Positions 57,500 to 64,000 of a stretch of 64,000 nucleotides of DNA are shown in pieces. The position numbers and the translations under genes were made by a program. Positions within the stretch are counted from its first letter, which is position 1. The number at the start of each line of letters is the position of its first letter. The stretch covers positions 241,132 to 305,131 of the forward strand of contig JACQJR010000001.1 of NCBI GenBank assembly GCA_016204995.1. The letters run 5' to 3'. The DNA comes from Candidatus Microgenomates bacterium (GTDB taxonomy: Bacteria; Patescibacteriota; Microgenomatia; UBA8517; JACQJR01). A model generated the notes under the pieces. It was not told the origin of the DNA, searched no databases, and worked only from the letters and a program-made list of their open reading frames with translations.

Positions 57500-58117
57500 T
57501 TATGGTGTGGCGGTAGGAGTGGGCGTGGGGGAAGGAGTGGGCGAAGCAGTCGGACTAACGCTTGGCTTAGGTGTGGAGCTGGCTGTCGGCTTGGACGTAG
57601 CGCCCTTCCTTAAACCAGTAACAATGACTACCTCAAAACTGCCGGTGGCAGTAGTCACTCTATTCACAGTCGCGTAATTATCTTCTAAAATAGTAATGAT
57701 CTCATCCTGAAAATCCGCCGGCACAGTTTCGCTAAAAGAAACTGTAGTTTCTTTGTTATCTTTGGTATCCGCATTACCTGTTTCCACATTGGTATAACCC
57801 GCTGCAGTTAATTTATCTTTAGCTTTGCCTGCTTCGCCGGCGACACCAGTTCCATTTAATACCTGGATTTTAACATCTTCTTTGGCCATAGCCGGAGTGG
57901 GACTCGGAGTTACTTCGGAGATCGGCGTGGGGCTGGGAGTAGCTTCTATGGTACCACCAGTCTTACCCAGTAAAAAATAACCTCCAGCGACTAAACCTAT
58001 TAATATTAAAATCACTATAATAGGTAAAATGGGGAATTTCTTTTTTGATTCCCAGCTAGAAAAGGTTTGGGCTTGGACAGGAGTTTGACTAGAAGATTCT
58101 TTTGTCTCTTCTTCCAT
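57500..58117 (-). CDS. LytR C-terminal domain protein with Thr/Pro linkers
   Basis: IQVLNGTGVAGEA..L..AGY..GNAD; VIVTG; TPSPTP tracts. Confidence 0.85.
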   Translation of the reverse strand: MEEETKESSSQTPVQAQTFSSWESKKKFPILPIIVILILIGLVAGGYFLLGKTGGTIEATPSPTPISEVTPSPTPAMAKEDVKIQVLNGTGVAGEAGKAKDKLTAAGYTNVETGNADTKDNKETTVSFSETVPADFQDEIITILEDNYATVNRVTTATGSFEVVIVTGLRKGATSKPTASSTPKPSVSPTASPTPSPTPTPTATP

Positions 58118-58137
58118 CTTATTATAGGTTTAGGCGG

Positions 58138-58167
58138 AGTATAAACCCCGCCCCAACTTTTTGTCAA
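58138..58167 (-). promoter_or_regulatory. sigma70-type promoter
   Basis: TTGACA-N18-TATACT upstream of 58117. Confidence 0.55.
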
Positions 58168-58191
58168 GGGGGCAAAATTGTGGCTAAGTAG

Positions 58192-58755
58192 TTACTTTAA
58201 TGGAGCTTTTAAAATATCTTTAGCCCCTTTAATAGCTCCGACTAAGGCATTTTTCACCGCCTCGGCTGTTTCAGTGCTAACTTCTTCAGCTGCTTCTACT
58301 GCCGCCACGACCGCTTTTTCAGTTACTCGGGAAACATCACCGCCGATTTCGCCTGCTGCCTCAATCGTACCTTCTACAGTATTGACTGCTACTCCCACTA
58401 CATCTCCTCCTACCTCGGACGTCGCTTTCACCGTACTCTTAACTGCATGCTCTGCAGCCACTCCGGCATCTCCTCCTACCTCGCTGACGCCGGCAACAAC
58501 TTCTTTGCCTACATCGCGAGCGGCAGATACTAATGATGCTCCTGTTTGGCTAACACCTAAAATTGCACCTTGGGCTACATCAGTTGCCACCTGAATAGTG
58601 GTACCGGCAATATCTTCACTGGCGCGAAGTGTATTGACTACTGTGTCGCGCACCAATTTAGTAGCTTCACTGGTAATTTCATTAGTACCACTGATCGCCG
58701 CCACAATTCCATCTTTAACTTCGTTCACAATTCCTGCTAAAATTCCTGCCATCAA
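58192..58755 (-). CDS. Ala/Val/Gly-rich 22-aa repeat protein
   Basis: Strong SD GGAGGTG; repeating E.GGD units. Confidence 0.75.
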   Translation of the reverse strand: MMAGILAGIVNEVKDGIVAAISGTNEITSEATKLVRDTVVNTLRASEDIAGTTIQVATDVAQGAILGVSQTGASLVSAARDVGKEVVAGVSEVGGDAGVAAEHAVKSTVKATSEVGGDVVGVAVNTVEGTIEAAGEIGGDVSRVTEKAVVAAVEAAEEVSTETAEAVKNALVGAIKGAKDILKAPLK

Positions 58756-58816
58756 TCTTCACCTCCCCACCTTCCTTAAACTTACTCATTTGTCCCCACC
58801 TTTGTCAAGTAGACGC

Positions 58817-60448
58817 CTAAATCGTTGACCACAAGGTGTAAACTATCCCGCTGTCTGGTCGCTTGATTTGATTAAGAATTTTTACCATCCTCCTCAAATT
58901 CAGTTCGTAATCACAACCTTCTCCATCCACTACCAACATCTTAGGTGACTCCGGAGCAGCCAAAACATCCTTGCTGGGACAACGTTGACCGGTAAATTCA
59001 AAATTCTCTGTTGTCCAAACCCCTTTTTCCCGCTTAATGGCATCTCTGTTAAAAGTTGCCGGATCGCGACCGGTGAAGAAAGCAATCCAGGGGTAGGGAT
59101 CATCAGGAATATCAGTCAGAACAATCTTGTCGTAATTATTTTGCACTTTATTTAATTCTTGAGCCAGTTCCTTGGCGCCGATATTTCTATATAATGACAC
59201 ATTGAATTTAGCATGCGTGTAATATTGATGAAGATAGAAGATAAAATTGGCCACCAGTAAAAAAGAGGTTAGATAGAGAGTCGGTTTTTTAAACCTTTTT
59301 AAATTAAAAATAAATTCCAACCCATAAGCCCCAATAATCGCGATGAAGGGAATCATAAATAAGGCCCGATGTAAATTTGGAGCATCCTCTGTAGTTAAAG
59401 CCGCCGGAATGGGGGCAACCAATAATAAAAGTAGCGGCAGAAAATTTTGTTTGCCGCGCACAATAGCCGCCAGACCTATAAGTAACAGCAATGCCTCAAT
59501 ATAAGTTAATTGGCCTACGCCCACTGTCAAGTAGCGCAGAGGTTTACCTGTTGATCCAATTAAGAAATCAGCACTGAAATATCTGGTATACTCGTTAATA
59601 AATCTTCTGGCATAAACTGACAATTTATTATGAAAAAGACGAGCGATAAAAACTTTATTTGGCCCTTCCTCAAAAGGCATCTTTGATAACTCATAATGCA
59701 CATCAAGATCATTAAAAATTGACACTTGGGAAAATCTGCTTCGGGCTTGGGAATCTAAAGAAAAAAACAGAGTAGTCAAAGACACTGCTATCAATACTCC
59801 TACTGCCACCTTTTTTATCTTAATCCCCAAACTTCTCCAATAGTAAAAAACGACCATGCCGATAAATAGCGGCGCTAATAATCTAATTGAGTGATAGAAG
59901 AAATAACTTAATATAAGAAAGAACACTCCCCAGATTAAAAATTTTCGCGTGATCGTATTTAAAAACCTAATCAATAAATAAATTCCCAAAAGGGCCAAAA
60001 ACATGGATATCACCACTTCACTGGTAGCGCGACTAACGCTGATATGCCAGGGATTAATAGCTAGTAGCAACGACGCTATGATGGCCACCCTTTTTTTATT
60101 CGTTAACTCGCGTGTTAAAAAATATAAAACTAAGATCGTCAATGCTCCAAACAAGGCGCTTGGCAATCTGACAGCAAATTCACTCTTTCCGAAAAGGGCC
60201 AGCGAGGGAATAATGGTGTAGAAAATTCCGGTGGGGCGATAATCACCAAAACTGTTGTAATAAAGGGCCAACTTATTACCCCTATCGTCTAGCCCTGTCT
60301 TTAAGATGGAATAAGCATTCCAGCCGGCTTTTACCTCATCGTTATGGAAACCAACCGGAAAATTATTCAATTGAAAAAGACGTAAAAATAATGCTAGAAG
60401 GAAAATTAAAACTAGGGGCCTAGTAAAAAATGACAATTTAATCACCAC
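58817..60448 (-). CDS. GT-C glycosyltransferase (ArnT/PMT-like)
   Basis: HNDE..NAYSILKTG.D..GDYRP; GTG 60448 chosen. Confidence 0.85.
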   Translation of the reverse strand: MVIKLSFFTRPLVLIFLLALFLRLFQLNNFPVGFHNDEVKAGWNAYSILKTGLDDRGNKLALYYNSFGDYRPTGIFYTIIPSLALFGKSEFAVRLPSALFGALTILVLYFLTRELTNKKRVAIIASLLLAINPWHISVSRATSEVVISMFLALLGIYLLIRFLNTITRKFLIWGVFFLILSYFFYHSIRLLAPLFIGMVVFYYWRSLGIKIKKVAVGVLIAVSLTTLFFSLDSQARSRFSQVSIFNDLDVHYELSKMPFEEGPNKVFIARLFHNKLSVYARRFINEYTRYFSADFLIGSTGKPLRYLTVGVGQLTYIEALLLLIGLAAIVRGKQNFLPLLLLLVAPIPAALTTEDAPNLHRALFMIPFIAIIGAYGLEFIFNLKRFKKPTLYLTSFLLVANFIFYLHQYYTHAKFNVSLYRNIGAKELAQELNKVQNNYDKIVLTDIPDDPYPWIAFFTGRDPATFNRDAIKREKGVWTTENFEFTGQRCPSKDVLAAPESPKMLVVDGEGCDYELNLRRMVKILNQIKRPDSGIVYTLWSTI

Positions 60449-60454
60449 TGTTCC

Positions 60455-60464
60455 ATTGTACAAT
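60455..60464. promoter_or_regulatory. Palindromic bidirectional -10 element
   Basis: ATTGTACAAT gives TACAAT on both strands, 6-7 nt from divergent start codons. Confidence 0.6.
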
Positions 60465-60471
60465 ATGAACA

Positions 60472-62103
60472 ATGAAAAAACATATCCCTGCCTTAATTAT
60501 TATTCTGCTATTTGCCTTGGTCGGCATGAAAGCTCTTTTTCATCCCGGTCTTTTTACCGCCCATGATATCTGGCATCAAGTAGCCAGACTCTATCATTAT
60601 CACCAAGCTGTCCAAGACGGGCAATTTCCACCATATTGGATTGCTAACCTTGCTAATGGTTTTGGTTATCCGCTATTTTTCTTCTCCTATCATTTACCTT
60701 GGATCCTAGCTCTACCTTTGCTGGGTATAGGACTGTCTATACCCCTAACCATTAAAACTCTTTTTATAATTTCTTATTTCTTTTCAGGAATTGTGATGTA
60801 CTTTTTTTCTTTTGACCTATTTAAAAACAAATGGGCTGCTTTAACCTCTACCATTCTTTATCTGTGGGCCCCTTTCCACTTTGTCACTATTCTGGTAAGT
60901 GCTGCCATGGGCACTGCTTTTGTTTTTACTCTCTTCCCTCTACTTTTATGGGGATTATACAAAATTACCCACTATAAATCTCCCTTAGGCACTATTTTTA
61001 CCAGTCTAGGTTTAGCAGGCATTATCTTATCGCATCTTATGACAACTATTTTCCTTATACCACTACTTAGCTTATGGATCTTCTGGTTATTAAAAGATCA
61101 AAAGAATAAGAAAAATTTTCTGAAAAAAATTATTTACGCTGGCTTACTGGGCATAGGCCTTGCTGCATTCTATTTCTTACCAGCTATTTTTTATAGCCGT
61201 TTAACTCAAGTATCAAGTGGAGCTTTTGCCTCACTTTACGAAAAACAATTCGTTAATCTAACTCAATTGATTTACTCAAAATGGGGCTATGGCATCGCCG
61301 ACACAGCCAAAGAAATGAACATTTCTTTTCAAATTGGTATTGCTCAATGGATTGGCGTAATTTTGACCTTTGTATTAATTATTATGAAGAAACAGCGGAA
61401 AAATAATTTTTTGGGTATCACACTTATGACAACTTTTCTTATTAGCATCTTTGCTATGACTGATATTTCTAGATCAGTTTGGGTAATAATCTCTAAGATC
61501 ATCACCCTTGATTACCCCACCACTTTTTTGTTACCAGCTACTATTACTGGTTCTCTTTTGGCTGGATTTGTTGTCAGTCAGGTAAAAACTATTTCTCCTT
61601 TCGCATCAGTTCTTTTTATAATCATAGCCATTTATACTAATAGAAATCATCTGCGAGTTAATATGTATACCAATATTCCTGTTTCACTTTATGTGGCATC
61701 TGAAACTACTACCAATTCCTATCATGAATATCTACCGAAAACTGCAGATTTAGGACTTTTCAGCGAGAAAATAATTAGAGTATTGCCTCAGAATTCAGCG
61801 ATAGAGAATTTTAAACAAAACAGTAAAGAACTTTCCCTAAAAATTAGTCTTACAAGAGAAGACAATATCACCTTGGGGCATTTTTCTTTTCCAGGTCTAA
61901 ATCTCTATGTAGATGAAATTAAAACTATTTATGATAGTGAAGAACGTGGTCGGATAAAATTTCCTTTAACAGCAGGTAACTATTTCATTCAATTAAAATT
62001 TGAAGATACACCTTTGATAAAAATCTCCAAATTAGTTACTATTGGATCACTATTATATTTATTATTCCTGGCTTTTAAAAATATTTATGGCAAAAAAAGT
62101 TAA
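60472..62103 (+). CDS. PTPS-related/YfhO-like membrane GT-C
   Basis: HD..W..LANGFGYPLF, LWAPFH, SKWGYG. Confidence 0.8.
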   Translation: MKKHIPALIIILLFALVGMKALFHPGLFTAHDIWHQVARLYHYHQAVQDGQFPPYWIANLANGFGYPLFFFSYHLPWILALPLLGIGLSIPLTIKTLFIISYFFSGIVMYFFSFDLFKNKWAALTSTILYLWAPFHFVTILVSAAMGTAFVFTLFPLLLWGLYKITHYKSPLGTIFTSLGLAGIILSHLMTTIFLIPLLSLWIFWLLKDQKNKKNFLKKIIYAGLLGIGLAAFYFLPAIFYSRLTQVSSGAFASLYEKQFVNLTQLIYSKWGYGIADTAKEMNISFQIGIAQWIGVILTFVLIIMKKQRKNNFLGITLMTTFLISIFAMTDISRSVWVIISKIITLDYPTTFLLPATITGSLLAGFVVSQVKTISPFASVLFIIIAIYTNRNHLRVNMYTNIPVSLYVASETTTNSYHEYLPKTADLGLFSEKIIRVLPQNSAIENFKQNSKELSLKISLTREDNITLGHFSFPGLNLYVDEIKTIYDSEERGRIKFPLTAGNYFIQLKFEDTPLIKISKLVTIGSLLYLLFLAFKNIYGKKS

Positions 62104-62821
62104 AGCAAGAGTGATCGCTGTGATGCCTGCCTATAATGCTGCTAAAACCATCAAAAAAACTTTAGATGATATACCCAAAGGCGTAGTTGATAAAGTTGTA
62201 GTGGTAGATGATGGATCTGCCGATAAAACTGTTCTGGTTGCTAAAAAGTTAGGGTTAGAAGTATTCACCCATCCACAAAATAGAGGATATGGTGGCAACC
62301 AAAAAACTTGCTATACCATAGCACTTTCAGAAGGGGCTGATATTGTAGTGATGATTCACCCCGATTATCAATATGATAGCAGTTTAACCGGAGAATTAAT
62401 CAGGCCGATTTTACAAAATAGATTTGATGTTATGTTGGGATCAAGAATTCGCACCCGAGAAGAAGTATTAAAAGGCGGCATGCCTTTCTATAAATATCTC
62501 AGTAACAGATTTTTGACATTTTTGGAAAATTTATTTTTAGGACAAAATTTATCAGAGTATCATACTGGATTTCGCGCCTATACCAAAGAAATTTTAAAAA
62601 AGGTGCCCTTTCATAAATATTCTGATGATTTTGTTTTTGATCAGCAAATTTTGTTTGGGGCCATTGCTGCGGACGCTAGAATCGGCGAAATACCGGTGCC
62701 GGTTCGCTACTTTCCTGAAGCTTCTTCTATCAATCTGCAAAGATCTGCTATTTACGGTTTATCTATCTTAAAAGACTTATTACTTTACAGTATTATAGGT
62801 AAGGAAAAATTCTTAAAATAA
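62087..62821 (+). CDS. GT2 (DPM1-like)
   Basis: MPAYNAA, DDGS.D, NRGYGGNQK, HPDYQY, EYHTGFR; start ATG 62087. Confidence 0.9.
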   Translation: MAKKVKARVIAVMPAYNAAKTIKKTLDDIPKGVVDKVVVVDDGSADKTVLVAKKLGLEVFTHPQNRGYGGNQKTCYTIALSEGADIVVMIHPDYQYDSSLTGELIRPILQNRFDVMLGSRIRTREEVLKGGMPFYKYLSNRFLTFLENLFLGQNLSEYHTGFRAYTKEILKKVPFHKYSDDFVFDQQILFGAIAADARIGEIPVPVRYFPEASSINLQRSAIYGLSILKDLLLYSIIGKEKFLK

Positions 62822-64000
62822 TGTTTCTTTGGAAAAAATTTCCCTTAATCGTATGGCTGATTTTTATTATAGGTTTACTGGTACGCCTACTCTATTTTCC
62901 CCAAAATGTTTATTTTAGTTTTGATCAAGCCCGTGATGCTTTTACCGCGCAACAAATTTTAAAAGGCGATTTTAAAATCATCGGCCCGCCTTCAGCGGCC
63001 AGTGATAAATTATTTCCCGGACCATTAATTTATTATATTTACGCGCCCATCTATGGAATATTTGGTAAAAGTCCGGAAAACATTTCTCTGTTCTTACGTT
63101 TATTTAACGCCTTAGGCATTCTCTTAGTTTTTAAAATCGGTCAAATAATTTTCAATCGTAAGGTAGGAATCTTATCAGCCCTGCTTTTTGCTTTTTCTTA
63201 CGAACAAAGCCAATATGCTTTGTTTATTAGCCATCAACCCTTAGCAGTTATACCAGTCTTGCTTTTTTATTTAGGGTTAAGTCTATTAATTTTTGCTAAA
63301 AAATCTCAGGGTCTAATACTTACTATGTTAGGATGGGGAGTCGCTATTCAATTTCATTATGTCTATATTCTACTGCTACCAATTCTATTAATGATTTTAT
63401 TAATTTTTCGCCGGTCAATTTTTCCCATCCTTAAATTGAAAACTATCTTAATTTGCTTAGGCATCTTCTTGTTAACTACTTCTACCTATTTTATAACTGA
63501 ATTTAAATTCCATTTTAGACTTTTATCAGGAATTTGGGAAAAATTAGCTGCTACTTCAAGTTTGTCTGATAAAACTCATCTTTTTTACTCCCAAGAAACA
63601 CTATTCATAATTAACCGGTTTTTACATGATACTTTTTTAGCAAATTATAATTACACTCCAATTCTATGGTTTATCCTTGCAGGAATTTTAATTATCCTGC
63701 TAAAAAATCAAAAAATAAGACTAACAATAGTTTTTTTATTACTGTGGTTTATGGGTGGTTTAATACCATACTTTCTTTCTGGAACTCCCAGTTATTATTA
63801 TGCCGCCGCTGGCTCCGTTAGTTTATTAATTTTTGCGACTTTTATACTGGAAAAATTTTTAGCAAAACGAATTATTTTTCAAATTTTGCTTATCTTATTA
63901 ATAATTTTTAATAACATTTCTTTAATTAGACAATTCAACCCCCATGGTCTTAATCCGGATATGGTTATTCAACCAGAAATGACCACAAATTATGAAAAAG
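62821..64000 (+). CDS. GT-C glycosyltransferase, truncated by the window edge
   Basis: MFLWKK..RLLYFPQNVYFSFDQARDA; paralog of 11713..13242. Confidence 0.8.
   Translation, partial: MFLWKKFPLIVWLIFIIGLLVRLLYFPQNVYFSFDQARDAFTAQQILKGDFKIIGPPSAASDKLFPGPLIYYIYAPIYGIFGKSPENISLFLRLFNALGILLVFKIGQIIFNRKVGILSALLFAFSYEQSQYALFISHQPLAVIPVLLFYLGLSLLIFAKKSQGLILTMLGWGVAIQFHYVYILLLPILLMILLIFRRSIFPILKLKTILICLGIFLLTTSTYFITEFKFHFRLLSGIWEKLAATSSLSDKTHLFYSQETLFIINRFLHDTFLANYNYTPILWFILAGILIILLKNQKIRLTIVFLLLWFMGGLIPYFLSGTPSYYYAAAGSVSLLIFATFILEKFLAKRIIFQILLILLIIFNNISLIRQFNPHGLNPDMVIQPEMTTNYEK

Noticed and set aside
1-64000. tRNA, rRNA, IS or prophage genes; TGA recoding
   Set aside because: No such features recognised; TGA terminates many ORFs at operonic overlaps.

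Overview
AT-rich bacterial window using TGA as stop (code 11). Gene content suggests Patescibacteria/Microgenomates (inference). Most of it is a very large surface-glycosylation locus: about 20 integral-membrane GT-C/ArnT/PMT/YfhO-type genes, several GT2s (including GT2-GT-C and GT2-GtrA fusions), a GT4, a Wzx flippase, rmlC, two rmlD-like genes and galE. A ~5.3 kb defence-like island interrupts it at 22564-27855 (TA-like pair, SIR2-like gene, beta-class MTase plus nuclease, AddB/Cas4-like nuclease, unannotated microproteins). A housekeeping block follows (trmD, tsaB/tsaE, ftsE/ftsX, prfB). The most striking unexplained signal is a family of GC-rich hairpin elements, GACGGGT-GR-[variable hairpin]-GCAGG-ACYCGTC. 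Three copies sit in frame and in the same orientation inside three different glycosyltransferase-type genes. Further mini-palindromes and about 13 heptamer/octamer tandem arrays also lie mostly inside coding loops. Many genes have an extended -10 box 6-8 nt before the start codon (leaderless-type), including symmetric -10 boxes shared by divergent genes. No tRNA, rRNA, CRISPR array or transposase was recognised.
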